DNA from: Trichoplax sp. H2
Taxonomy: Eukaryota
Direction of reading: 5' to 3'
Assembly: GCA_003344405.1 (NCBI GenBank)
Contig: NOWV01000010.1
Span: 496,001 to 560,000, forward strand
DNA: 64,000 bases
A program made the position numbers and the translations under genes. Within the stretch, counting starts at the first letter, position 1; the number at the start of each line of letters is the position of its first letter. The notes under the pieces were generated by a model. That model was given only the letters and a program-made list of their open reading frames with translations. It made no database searches and was not told the origin of the DNA. This document shows positions 26,201 through 39,900 of this stretch, one piece after another.

Positions 26201-29200
26201 GCTCAAAATCTTTCGTACTTTCTACGACTTAATCTATCATTTGGAATCCACTAGTGGAGATTTTTAAAATAGTTAAACCTTTATGAATAAATTTCATATT
26301 CTTACTCAAAAAATATCGATACTATAGATAGCTTACGGTCTAGCATGGCCACATAACGAGAACGATTACCTTATCGTAGAAATTAAATTCGCATTTGATA
26401 AAACTAGCAATAGTCTACTTAAGTTTTGTCGTAGAATTACATATAGATACAATATTGAAAGATGGTAGTAAATTAATTATTTTAATCGGTTAGCTTCAAT
26501 CTTCATACTTTAGTCATAATATACACGTATATTAAATTTGAAGTTCTATATTATGTTATAAAAATAATACTAATCGCTTTAATCTGTTAATTGAATTTTC
26601 TATATTTTTGGCAATAATATGCATTAAATTATAGAACTTATGTCATTCTATAAAATAATCTTAGGTGATAGAATACTACTCTCATTCTTAGTGTCAAATA
26701 TCTATCTATACTATACGCTATCATTTACATTTATATTGATTATTCTAGGCAATGGCTACTTGATGCTTTAACTAGTATCGGTAATTCGGAATCGATGGTT
26801 CTTCTTGGCCAATTGATTAGTAGTAAGATACTTTCTGAAAAGGATGCTCCTCACATTTTTATTCGTATACCAATGGCTCAAAATGTAACAGAACCCATGG
26901 TAGAATCGCTTTTAGTAAGTTCCCAAGCGACCTATACTTTAATGTAGCGATGATCTTTAATAAAAATGGTCTATAATTAACACATTTATAGAATTATTAT
27001 TAGACTTCACTCAATTTATCAATTCTTAAGGAAAATAACATAAATAAACCTAATTTCAACATAGACTGTCTGCAAATTACCTGAAGTCAGGAATAGTATA
27101 GCTATGCATCGATCTTGCTGGCTGGCTTACGGTTCAAGTATTTTCAAGATGTGCAACTCCACGTATAACTGGAAAAATTGTCCCACAAAATATGTCCAAG
27201 TCTTGCATACCTCGTTGAATAAAGTAACTAGCAATAAAGACAAATTATTGTGCTTGAAAGCAATTGGTAATGCTGGTTCACCATCGAGCTTACCTGTTTT
27301 AGCTCAAAAAATCAATCAAACATCGCTCAGTCAAGATGAACGAGTGGCTGCCATTTACGCTATGAGAAGAATAGCTATCATAGAGCCTAAAGAGGTTTAA
27401 GTATAAAGCCAATATAAATTTGTATAGCAATTACAATTCACCTTACTTCTATCAAACTGCAATTAAGACTGTTCTTTGTTTACAATATTCATTCCCTAAT
27501 TATAATCATTTTAACTTAACGTTCAAAATTGAATTCTAGAACAATTACACTATGGTAGTTAGTGTTATAGCTTCAACTACAGTACTATCGCGATTGCATT
27601 TTATAAGTAGCCTTAACAATTTAACGAAATGTAACAGTGTAGGTTGCAGCACCCGTCTCTGTAGATTTAATTTATTAGGCTGAAATAATATATTTGATAT
27701 GAATCCCTGATAATATACATTCTTTTTTTTCTGTTATCATCACTTTTTATAGCAAAACTAAAGTAGCGAATATTAAATGTTGTCCAATGAATGGATATAT
27801 TCCATTCAATCATGATCACAATCTTAGATTGCTAAGTCAGTAATAGTGATCAAGATCATTTTAAATAATATTAGGTTATCTCGACTCTTTTACCGATCCA
27901 TCTCAGCCATAGCGAAAATACGGAAATCCGAATTGCTTCTGTTGTTGTCATCTTTGATACTAAACCTAGTTTAGCAGTCTTGGAATTAGTTGCTGATGGT
28001 GTTCGAAAGGAAATGGATCAACAAGTAGCTAGCTTTGTATATTCTCATCTAGTTGCCGTCTCAAGCAACAAATTGAAATGTTCACAAGAACTGTAAGTTC
28101 TTAATAATTAATAAGTTATAGCTTTTAGTATTTTATGTCAAAGAATTTCATCTAAATTTCCTGGAATTGATCATAAAATTGAATAATTTGATAAAATTAA
28201 TTGAATCTAAATTATAGTTAATCTATCGAGTACGGTAATTTTTCTGATATCATATATTTAGTACTACCATCATGAGGTATAATGATTAAAAGTAAACATT
28301 TGATAAATATATAGGTATTTACTATAGGTTATTTATGATTCTACTCGTCTGCCAAGTAATATGTTTAATTCCCTTACTATTGTACCCTCCGTAGTCCCAC
28401 TTGTTCGCCCTTACCACTAACCTAAACTTTTATTAAAGATGTCAGCAAAATACGATAAATAACATTATAACTACAATTATATCGTTAATTTAGCTCTTTA
28501 GTCTCAATAAATTTTCATTTAATGAGCAAAAGATTATTTATTGAAAAGAGAGAAATCTCTAATTGTTTGTTGCTTATATTAGAGCTTCAAATGCCTATCT
28601 GGTGCTGAAGACCCTTAAACCTATTGGAAATATGTTCCAAAGTCGATCCTACCTGGTTTCCGCTTATTCTAGTATGTAGTTCTTCAAAATTTGAAATTTT
28701 AGACTTAACTATCTTGGGTTACTTTGCTAGCCAATGCTACAAAATTGCTTGATAGCAAAATCATTCAATCAGAAAATAATTGGATGCTCGACAATCTTTA
28801 ATCTGACTGCCATCATTTGCTATAGAAATTTTGAAGATGGGTTCTGCTATCGATGTTAAAATGATTTACGATTCCAAAACGAAAGAACCAAGAAGTGTTT
28901 GCGTTAAATTTATATCCGATGCACTAAGCTATACCACCAGTACTATGGAGGTTCGTTAGTCCATTCTAAGATGAATGAATATTTCTATTTACAATAAAAA
29001 AATAATCAATTCTGGAGATACCTTAGTTTCGGTAATTCCAAATACCTATTTCTAAACTGCAGTCAAAAAAATCGATCATGAGATTAATTGATTCACTTTA
29101 AAAATAAAAACAAGAATAATATCTCTATCTATAGTACAGACAAATTCTAAGGTTCGCTGATAAATTTCTAAATGAATAGGCAATAATGCTGCTTAAGTTG

Positions 29201-32200
29201 CCGTAGTTCTTGGATTCCTGTTTTAAATTATAACTGAATTTCACCTATAAAGCTATCCAGCAAAGGAGATTATATTTCATCGAAACAATTAACTAGTTTT
29301 AAATTTCTACTCTTGACCTAACAGATCGGCAGTTCTATGCACGGCTATACCTCGTTGATGTCTTATCCTAATGGAAGTCTTCCAATGTTACTAAGAGATC
29401 TCCAATCAAATACTGGAACAATCTTTGAAAAAGCAAGTTAAACTTTATAAAATTATTCAATTACGGTTGCTTCTCTTTATAAGATTTAACTTTCCACTGT
29501 TTATGAACCTTGATCAATCAATATCCGCTATTCTTGTTAATTTTATCTATTTTAACTGTTTAACAATTGTTTAGCTTTCTAAATTCATAACCAAGATAAG
29601 CAATGTCAACAGTACCTTTTACTTGAAATATTTCGGGGATGAAGTGTACTTTGATACTTTTAATTCGACGAGCATCATTGAGATTATTAGCCAATTGCAA
29701 CGTCAATCTAAGTCGGTTAGTTCTTGGACAGATGGAAGTTTGTGGATGGAAAATGGGCATTCTATTCCAACTCAAATTGGGCTTCCACTCCATGTTAATA
29801 TTACTGGTGTCGAGGCTAGATATATGAATGCTTCATTATCATTGAATTTCAAGCAGTTACTGAATGCCTTGGGTAGCAAGAAAATTAGTTGGAATTGCTC
29901 CTTTACTCACAAGTTCGAAAGTTTTCTTTACAAATGATTTTTTTGCATTTAAATGGAGTAAAATGTATTGTGTTTAAGGCGGCATAATGAAAGCCCGAGA
30001 AAATTAAAGCTATGTAGAGTTTTTATATAGTTTATCCTTTAATTAAGTAATTTCTTAATTGGTTACTGATTTGTTAGAATAATGATAAAGAGTATTACTC
30101 TTGAAGATTCTTGCCCTATCGATATCATACACTATCGCTATTACATTAGCTATCCTTAAATACTACCTTTCCGATTATCAAGTAAACCATGACAGTGAGC
30201 TTTAGCATTGAAGATTCTTCACATATAGCTACCAATAACCATCATATTGTTTAGCGGTTCTTTAATCCTAATTGTCGATAGATTATCAAGTTGTTAGAAT
30301 AATGATAGAGAGTATTACTACCACGAACTCTTCTTATGTAAACTACCAAGAGATAGTATTATCGCTCGTACCTAAATCATACGCTTTTTTGATAGATTGC
30401 AAAGTGATTGCGATAATAATAGAGAGCAATACTACTAAAAATTCTTTTATCGTACGATGACATGATTTCTAGCTAGCGTTATAACATTTTTCGTACCTTA
30501 ATTCAGTACTTTCTTGAGGGATTACAAGGTTGTTAGGATAATGAAGGAGTAATGTTGTTACTACCAATACTTATTATTAAACAAGCTTGCAGCAGATACT
30601 TATAGATTATCGCTCATGCTTACTTATGTAGGCTAATGGAACTGCTTTTTATCCTAGATCAACTGATTTATTGTATGGTTCTATGGGCTTAGTCAGTTCT
30701 GCCATATCCTCTGGTATTAAAATCAAATCTAGAGTATCTCATGAAGTCAGCCTGATATTCAGAACCACTGCCGATATAAGTACTGGAGAATTTGATATCT
30801 ACCTTCAGCCATATCAACAAGAAAAAACTTTGGTAAAACATAGGTATGTTAGCATATCTGATAGACAACCACAGAATGTTATTCTTAAATTTTTAATGTG
30901 TTTTTAATTCGGAATGGAAGCAACCTTAGCAATCTTCCTGATACTACCATTCGGTCACATAAGTATATCTTATAACTAATCATTTCCCTCTTGCTCTTCG
31001 CAATTTAATCACTTTACGTAGCTTGAATATTTACAACTATGTCAGAGTACAAGCTCAGCAGCCTAGATATACTTCTATAACCGAAAGTAAACTATTAAAT
31101 CCAACTAAGGTATGAATTTGATTCTTATTCAATTTAGTTCGATAATTTTCTCCATTTCTTGGAGCTTTAGATAACAATTTTTGATCTGTCTTACCTTTGA
31201 GAGCACCAGTTACTGTAGTGCTATTGAAAATTTAATTCAATTATAGTAAACGATATCTTAGCATAATAATATCATTTCAAAAATACGTTACCAACTTAGT
31301 ACATTATACATTATTTTTCTTGCTATTGCTTAAAATACTCGTGCTAATTCTATCCTATGATACTACTCTAATCGCTGCAGCTTATATAGCGTGAACAGAT
31401 TGAGTAGATTTCATAAAAACTCCTTAATCGTGGGAATTGCGTATATTTAATAGCTTTAAATGATACCTTTAGCGTAACATCAAATATTTTAAAACCCTTA
31501 CAGTTCCCCGCATCATGCTATGAAATTAGTCCGGACGGCAGAAAACTCTGTCTTGAAGCATTGTACTACCGGCCTACTAGAAATTCTCCTTGGTTGCCAT
31601 TTACAGGACCGATGCAATCACGCATTTGGATCAAACCTAGTAGCGAGCCTCGGCCGATACATATTTCTTATCGACATCTCCCAAGTTCTGATAAAATGAT
31701 TCGAAAATCTATGCTTGCAGTTCAATTCCTATCCAGATATCAGCGAGAGCTGCATATTAAATATGATGGACACACTCAAATGGCTAGTTATCGCCTTACT
31801 GCTTCCGATCGTAGCCAAGGTGGAAAGCAAATAACAGTTGGCTGTGTTATGATTCAATTTCCTGTTAATATGTCTATGCCACTCTCTATCCATATGGGAT
31901 ATAATTGCTCGTACGATCAAGTAGTTATAGCTTGTAATAAACAACAAAATTCAACCGTTTTTCAAGTCAGTGGAAAAACCATAGGTACTACACTATACGT
32001 CAACAAAATTAGCGATATGATGGCACCGTACACGCCAACCGATTTAGCAGTTATCACCAGGTAAGCAACAGTAATCAAATTTTTAAAATTATAACTTAGC
32101 AATGAATTCCAAAATTTGACTTTTACCTGTACGCTATGGTTAGAAGCAAGCTTGGACTATCGTGATGATCGCTATCGTTTACTAAAACAGTCTATTATTA

Positions 32201-34493
32201 CTAACGAGATATCTAGCGAAATGTCTGTTATATTTTGTGTAATAAGTACAGTACATTTCATGAGACGAATTTGCCACTGACTCCTTATGGCAATAATTCG
32301 ATATAGTTTTTCAGTTCTGCACTTTACATATGATTACGCTTTGCGCTATCACACACATAATTGCTTTCCAGCTCTAAGTATTGGTTGCTCTCACAGGGTG
32401 TAATTATATAATTATTATAGTAAGTTTTAAGTCCGCCTTTTACGTTGATATAAAGCTATAATAATACAAGTACTACAATTAGATTTTCATAAAAATATTA
32501 TAAAGTGTTATGAAAATGTTGATATTTGATAGTATATTTAACACTATATGTAAAAAATACCGCAGTTAGTATCTAACGGTATATCTAACAATATCACACA
32601 ACGTTAAGAGATTCTATGACACATTCATACACGTACAATATTAAAAATGTTAAAATAGCTATGTGTACATTTCTATTCCATTTAATTTCGCTCGATCGAA
32701 TATATAAGTGACATTAGTGGCTATCTAGTGTTTAATATAGCAAGGCAAAGGTGGAATAGTACAAATGTTACAAATTTTGCCTAGCTCGGTCTTATCCTGT
32801 AACATAAATTTGAAAAATCACGATAATTGGCATCATTTACTAAAGTAATTCCAATTTTAAATTAGATACTTTATGATATACGCCTACGTATAAATATTAG
32901 TCAACATCAGGTTCTTTGGTATCTGAGTACATGAAATTTATACGTATTCTGTAAAATCGAAGATAGCTATGGCTACTTTTCTATTTCATCAGACTCTACA
33001 CGATAGCAATATACGAATATAATTGTAAATATTTGGTACTTAGCGATCTGTTTAGCTAGATAACGATATAATATTGCTATTTATGATAATTTAGAATGTA
33101 CGCAAACATATTCATTTCTCTACTATTCAGGAATTATACCAATAGGTACTATCCAACCGTGGATATTGCCACTGATGCTTTTACTCCGCAACAGTTTACA
33201 CTAACAGCTAGAGCTATATTAACAATGGATTATACCGATAAACAAACCAATAAACCATCGTCACCAATACAGGAGTCAAAGCGAGGCGGTAAGATGAATA
33301 TCTTTTGCTCAACATTAAAATTAATCTGTATCCAGGGCAAAGAATCCAATAATTTTAGTCTGAACTCTTTGTAAAATTTATCATGATCGTATCGCCGACT
33401 TTTCCTCCAATTTTCTTATATTTTATTAGCTACCTGCTTGGTTGACATTGGCACCGTAAAAACCTTTAATAATGCGACATATCACTATTTAAATCCTGGA
33501 GATTGTCCTTTAACCTTAGCTACTGACTGCTCTGGAAACGGTAGATTTACTATCAGTGAAGAATTAAACGGAGTTCAAAAAATTGTTAAATTGACTTTTA
33601 GTACCCATGTGATAATATTGAAGCCCAATCGTGTTGTTTTGGTCGATAACGAAAAGGTTATAGTGAATACTAATCGACCCTATAATGATCCATCAAGGTT
33701 ATTCACTATCACTTTGAGGAAAGAGCCAGTTCACACCTACGTTATTGTTAATGTCAAAAATCACTTTATCGTAACTTATGGTGAGATATCGGTAAGTTAT
33801 GGTAAAATTTGATAGAACGATATTTATTAAAGACTTTTTTATTAACAGTTAATATGCTAAATAGTTAAGTAGATTGACACTAGAACCTATCCTATTTTTC
33901 GTCGATCATATAGACTAAGATTACCTATACTGCAAAACCATCTTATCCCGTTTGCGGCATGTGTGGCTATGCAACACAACCCAAAGGATTAAATGCAGGT
34001 TATAATGCTATTAAAGAATGGATCCAACCTAGTGCATCATGTCATGGAGGTTTGTGATAAAAAATTGAGATGCATATAATACAAGATAAAATGTACGATA
34101 TACTGTATCGCTATTATAGTATCAGTAATATATTGGTCAGTCTGATGTGGAGATAAAAATTTTGAATGAAGGTTTTCTTGTTCCGTTACATGGCTAGGTT
34201 GCCCATTGAAACTTACGCCTAAAGTGGCTAAGGTTGGCAGTCAAGTCTGCTTTACATCTCGTCCAACTTTAAAATGCAAACCAGGCTGTACTCCAACGGG
34301 AAGTCTTGCAGTTCCACATCATTTATTTTGTCCTGATGCAGTGGCTGAAAAGGACTTAACTAAGCAGTATATCTCAAACCAACAGACATTTAATTATGAG
34401 CTCCTACGTACTAGCTCAACAAGAGTAGTTCCGACTATTATTTCGGAAGATTACAAATGTCAGTGTTCACCTCTGTGTGATTTGATGCATTAA
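23286..34493 (+). CDS. Vitellogenin/apolipophorin-like large lipid transfer protein (signal peptide, Vitellogenin_N, DUF1943-like region, VWD), ~23 exons, roughly 1400 aa
   Basis: Signal peptide MIKVIALILLSLAAVQ. LLT motifs: PGYLYSYEYEG, PVTFDYENGRVGNIY..INIKRGVINLFH, EGIEGKCESIY, LKAIGNAG, EIRIASVVVIFDTKPS..DQQVASFVYSHL, IPTQIGLPL. VWD region: TC..VKTFNNATY..CPLTLATDCS and VCGMCG. Cys-rich tail CFTSRPTLKCKPGC. Stop at 34491-34493. Confidence 0.88.
30060..30620. repeat. Degenerate intronic tandem repeat, ~105-125-bp period, ~5 copies
   Basis: Recurring core gatta(t)caag(t)tgttagaataatgata(a/g)agagtattact near 30069, 30173, 30281, 30395 and 30520. Confidence 0.65.
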
Positions 34494-35121
34494 TTTACGT
34501 TGATCTACTAGTATTATGGTTAATTGCTCTGCTCAGTAGAATGATACCTTTGTGTTGTCTTTCGTAGGATTTAATTTGTTAGTAAACTGTGATAACGCTT
34601 GAAGTACTGAAATGATTAACAGATAAAATTAGCACTTTCTGCATAAGTAATGATGACTTACTTCATCTCATTTAATAAAATGCTATTTTCGTTTTGCAAT
34701 CCATCACATGCTTACAATTGATTGTGGCAAATACGATATTGCATAGGGTATGAAGATGTAACGTATTTAGAGTTACTTTTCAATCTTTTTATTATTGAAT
34801 TGCCATCTACGGGTATATCATCGAAGAGTCTGGAATATTAGTATAACAGTAGCACTGTACCATGCACATAACAATCAATGGCTAGCTACTATAAAGCATT
34901 AAATACAAATATCCAACTGTAGAAAATTTACCTATCCACTCTATAGTACTGTACAATTAGAGTGACGAATTTACAAATGTGCAAAAGTATAATACAATCT
35001 ATATACAGTACTACAGTATGCAAGTACCGATGCAGTACTATTAATATAAGTATATAACGCTACAGAAATATGGCCTTTGCATAATTTCAAAGTTATGATC
35101 GCATTTGCTTTCAATTCGATA

Positions 35122-36109
35122 TTAGTAACATGGTTCAAATATCGTTTGATGAAGATCTATCGTTTCATACAGCCAGATAGTCATTGTATCTGGATTTGAG
35201 GATAAATCCGCCATCTTCAGAGCTCGGATTATTACTTGATCCTTGGTTATATGTAATATTTCACCAATAGCCATGACATATGATCCTAAGTAAGGAACAA
35301 ATCGATTAAATTTTGTTGTAAGCACATTGATGAATTTTTTAAATGTTAATTCATTGTATAGTATTATTTACATTTACATTTATTTATCATATGGTCACAA
35401 TTCAATGACTATTATGTTGGTAATTTACGATTTAAAATGATGATATCGCTTTAATTCACAATGGATTATGGACTTGTTGATATAAAATCGTTCCGATTGT
35501 TTAAGCGTTAGCATAAAGTAGACTTTACCTACAGCGCAGCATAACTCGGAATAAGACTGAAGTATCAGGCACAAAAAGGTAGACGATTTTTACTGTATCC
35601 AATATAACTTTACAACAGTGTTTTGCCACTTGAAGCAAAAGTATACATGTACTTGCTCCTTAAACTCGATATTCACCGTCTGAGTAAAGAGCATCTGTAC
35701 TCTTGCAATTAACCCTAGCTTGGTATTTTTTTTACCTTTATGGGCCAGTTATCATCTACTGCACGTGCATAGTACAACGGGCACAACGTATATCAGTATC
35801 CACTTATTCATATATCAACTTGCCTACTTTAATTTTTTGATCGCTTAAAATTCTTTTGACCTGACATATCTTGGCTCTACCTGTACCATCATCTAATAAG
35901 AGTGCATCACCATCATCTTGCCATTCTAATAAGTCACCTTGTAGCCAAATACAACGCAGTGGCAGAGATTGTTGATTGCACCTTTTCAAGACTAATTGCA
36001 AGCGTTGAGCTCCAAGACCGGCACGAATAATCTGACTGATGAAAAACTTAATTGACGGTTGAGACAAAATGGAATTGCTGCCATATTTACTACCCGTTGC
36101 AGTAGTCAT
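35122..36109 (-). CDS. RMI2: RecQ-mediated genome instability protein 2 (OB fold), 2 exons, 149 aa
   Basis: Exon 1 (35824-36109): PSIKFFISQI..IWLQG..LDDGTG. Exon 2 (35122-35285): GSYVMAIG..IRALKMADLSSNPDTMTIWLYETIDL. These match RMI2 motifs (WMQG, GKYVMVMG, AVKMTDLSDNP..MWELEV.DL). The junction is in frame through a GC donor. Confidence 0.88.
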
Positions 36110-36485
36110 TTTAGCCACATAAGCTCAGCACTGATTTGCAGCCTAGGCTAGAGTTTATACTTTCTAATCCAACAGAGCTCCACAGCCTGCTGCCATTTAG
36201 CTTCATTGGCAGCTCTAGCTATTAAGCAATCAACGAGGCTTGCATCAGCCTTCGTTGTTGTCACCCATATGAACTTCTATCGAGATTCTGCCTCAAATGT
36301 ATGTTACAGTATGAGCAATTGAGCGTGAATTGCGCATGTAAGGTATCGTACAAGTGCACTTCGTACCGTATTGTACACTGTGGACTTACCGTACTGTACT
36401 GTACTGCTACAGACATTACGACACTTACTGTTACTATAGAGATAGCGCTCAAATGACTGTGACTACAGATTTAGTATAGAAATTG

Positions 36486-36905
36486 GATGTCCAGTTTCTG
36501 TCTAGTGTTCCGTCCGTATCATCGATTCCAATGCGATATACTGTACTGTCAGAACTACTGACACCAGCATCAGTTAATGTCCAGTTTCTGTCTGGTGTTC
36601 CGTCCGGACCATCGATTCCGATGCGATATAGTGTACTGTCAGAACTACTGACACCAGCATCACTTGATGTCCAGTTTCTGTCTGATGTTCCGTCCGTATC
36701 ATCGATTACAATGCGATATACTGTCAGAACTACTGACACCAGCATCAGTTGATGTCCATTTTCTGTCTGGTGTTCCGTCCGTACCATCGATTACAATGCA
36801 ATATACTGTACAGTACTGTCAGAACTCAGAACTACTGTCTGGTGTTCCGTCCGTACCATCGATTCCAATGCGATATACTGTCAGAACTACTGACACCAGC
36901 ATCAA
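36486..36905. repeat. ~90-bp tandem repeat, ~4.7 copies, between RMI2 and HDAC3
   Basis: Unit gatgtccagtttctgtctggtgttccgtccgtaccatcgattccaatgcgatatactgtactgtcagaactactgacaccagcatcagtt starts at 36486, 36576, 36666 and 36751, with a partial copy at ~36835. Copies differ by a few substitutions and by the number of TACTG units. Confidence 0.95.
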
Positions 36906-36937
36906 TTGCTTCCCGCTCGACCTGCAAGCCAAGCAAA

Positions 36938-39900
36938 ATGGGCCCCAAACGCGATGTCATGTATTTCTATGATCCAGAAGTGGGTAATTTCCATTATGGT
37001 AAGTTCAGTTAATGATTTCCACTAGTTGCTGCTAGCTGCTAGGATGAAATACTTGTTTCTGTATAAAAATAAAAATTATCAAAACCACTGATAGTATTAC
37101 TGTACAGTACACTGGTGGATGGAATCTGTCAAGAAGCAAGACAGAATATTGCAATTGAACAATATTCGACTTGATGCCAACGACAATAATGATATAATAA
37201 ATAGGAATAGTAAATAATATTAATAATTCGTGCTTTTATGTATATCGACAGGCAAAGGACATCCCATGAAACCGCATAGGATATCTTTAACCAACAGTTT
37301 AGTCTTAAGTTTTGGATTACACAAGAAAATGACTGTAAGTTTCATTAGAGCATGGCCTGATCGATTCGGATCTGCCTTATAAATGCTGTCATATTCTTCA
37401 TTACACTAGCCTTATTAGCTTACGTATTCACCTTGATAAAACGGAATATAACGTAGTAAGATGATTTTTGATATTCAAATACAGATGTTTCGGTCTATCC
37501 CAGCTTCCGATTTCAACTTGTGCCGTTTTCATGCATACGATTATATAGAATTTCTTAAAAAGTAAGATAATCCAATGAAAAGTTACTTGTAATCGAAATG
37601 GATAGGCTATGGATCGCTATTTAGACGCATTCTTGCTGATAAGCTTAACTTTATTACAGGATCACACCCGCAAATATAAGAGAATTTCCTTATAGTACCT
37701 TGAACACGTATAACGTTGGCGATGATTGGTAATGATGATCATTTCTCTAGCTGTTAATAACACACAGTATAGTATAATAGGAAGTTATAAAAATAATGTA
37801 CTAGGATATCGCTATTGAACTCGTTGTAAAGTATCCAGTAAGCTGATATATGCGCTCAGTTTATCTTTGAATAGTACACAATATTCCATCATATATGCAG
37901 TTTACCATTGCATCAGGGACTTCTAGGAGAATTTCTTGTAGCAGTCCCTGATTGTATGCTATAATGTTGATCAACGTTACTATTCTATTCATAATACAGT
38001 AAACCCTGCTAGTATAGTTATACTGTGCAATACAATCATGATTGATACCATGCATTATAAGAATTCATTTATGGAGAAACGGACGGTAATGTATCGCCAT
38101 AAATTTTTTTGCTAGACATTTGCGATCATTAAGGCCACTATCAATACCAGTTTAGGTTCTAGAGATTATTTTAATGAAACAAACAATTTCATCAATTAAT
38201 TAAGCTTAATTTTCTTGTATTATCGAAATGAAATTGCCTCATAGTCCTGTTTTTGGTGGCCTTTTTGATTTTTGTGCTATGTATACTGGAGCATCGCTTC
38301 AAGGAGCAACGAAAATAAATCATCAGGTAAGTTCATCCATACGATATCTTGGTACACTTGATAAAGTAAAAGTGTGCTCACCGAACTAGTAAAATAAGAT
38401 TTTTGTTTTAAAAATACGAGAAATACTGGGGTAGGATTCCTTTAACATCTTTTTATGCTCACTTCTACAACTAGGTCACTCTTATTATACTAATTCTAAT
38501 GATACCGGCAACTTATCAATCTGCCCTTTTTTACAGGAATGTGACATCGCTATTAATTGGTCAGGGGGATTGCACCATGCAAAAAAGAGAGAAGTAAACA
38601 ATCTTTTAACGTAGATAAATGATAATCATAGGATGTTTTACTTTCGTATATGATGGGCCAAGGCTCGGCGTGAAATCTATTGATGTATTAATCATTTATA
38701 AGCAACTTCGGAAATCATACATTTATCAATACAACTACAGACTGTAGCTATAGTCGTTCAATTGTAATTTAAGGATCATATTTAGTTTACTTTCTAACTA
38801 TTCTTTGCATTCTAATTCTCATTCATGCGAAAGGCCTCTGGATTCTGTTATGTCAACGATATTGTGGTTGCAATATTGGAACTGCTAAAGTAAGCAATTC
38901 TTGTTTACGAGTACAGTATCACTCTGTTTTAATATTACCAAGATAACATTATATCAAGTAAAATTACAAGATCTGATTATAAATTTCTGCTTTAATACAG
39001 AATCATTTCTTTCTGTAATCATTAAAATTACATTCTAACATACTGTATCATTGTATACCAAACAATTTCTCCATGCAGGTATCATGCCCGAGTATTATAC
39101 ATCGATATAGATGTTCATCATGGTGATGGCGTTCAGGTAAATTTTTTGTTTAAGCCTATCGTTACATTTTATGCAGTTCTATTATCACATGTTATTAAAA
39201 TTTTGAGACGAACGCGGAATAACTGAGTTATATGACTTGGAATACTTTTAGTGTTATGCTTTATCCTTTAGTATATTATAAATAATATATTAAGTACGCG
39301 TATTTAATTTTTTCTGTCTAATTGATTATACAAAGTTGTTAGATATCTCGATGGTATTGAACGATCTACTATATGTTATAATTATTTACAGAATTAGGAA
39401 TGTGATGCTAATCGTCTCACTTTACTGCAACAATACACTGATATACAGCATTATTCAATATTTAGGAAGCGTTTTATCTAACTGATCGTGTTATGACTGT
39501 ATCTTTTCACAAGTATGGAGATCAATTCTTTCCTGGAACAGGTAATTAAGTAGTTCAGGATTATCTAGAGGGATACTTTCATTCTATATGCAGGAACATA
39601 CTTATATATTAAAAGATCTAGTATTTATTAAATTTGTAAATGTACGCTTTTTGTGTTTTAACATCGAACGAACAGGTGATATGTATGAAATTGGAACTGA
39701 TAGAGGAAAATACTACTCTATTAATGTGCCATTGAAAGATGGCATTGACGACCATGGTAGTAAAAGAATAAAGGCTAAATTCTTTAATATCTAAGATAGC
39801 AAATCAATTTAGTAATCTTTTTTTTGCATTATCAGGCTATTTATATGTTTTTAAGCCCGTCATAGAAGCTGTAATTCAACATTACCAACCATCTAGTATT

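Noticed and set aside
36486-36905. CRISPR array interpretation of the 90-bp repeat
   Set aside because: Units are contiguous and nearly identical along their whole length with no unique spacers. There are no cas genes and the context is eukaryotic.
36486-36905. Hammerhead ribozyme on the minus strand of the repeat (CTGATG...GAAAC flanking a CTGGTGT/ACACCAG stem)
   Set aside because: The core is CUGAUGC rather than CUGANGA, three extra bases separate the stem from GAAAC, and I found no stem III with a GUH cleavage triplet. An Infernal search would settle it.
36449-37012. ORFs 36449-36787, 36483-36752, 36664-36972 and 36749-37012 as proteins
   Set aside because: They are by-products of the tandem repeat. 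Only the end of the last one (from ATG 36938) is HDAC3 exon 1.
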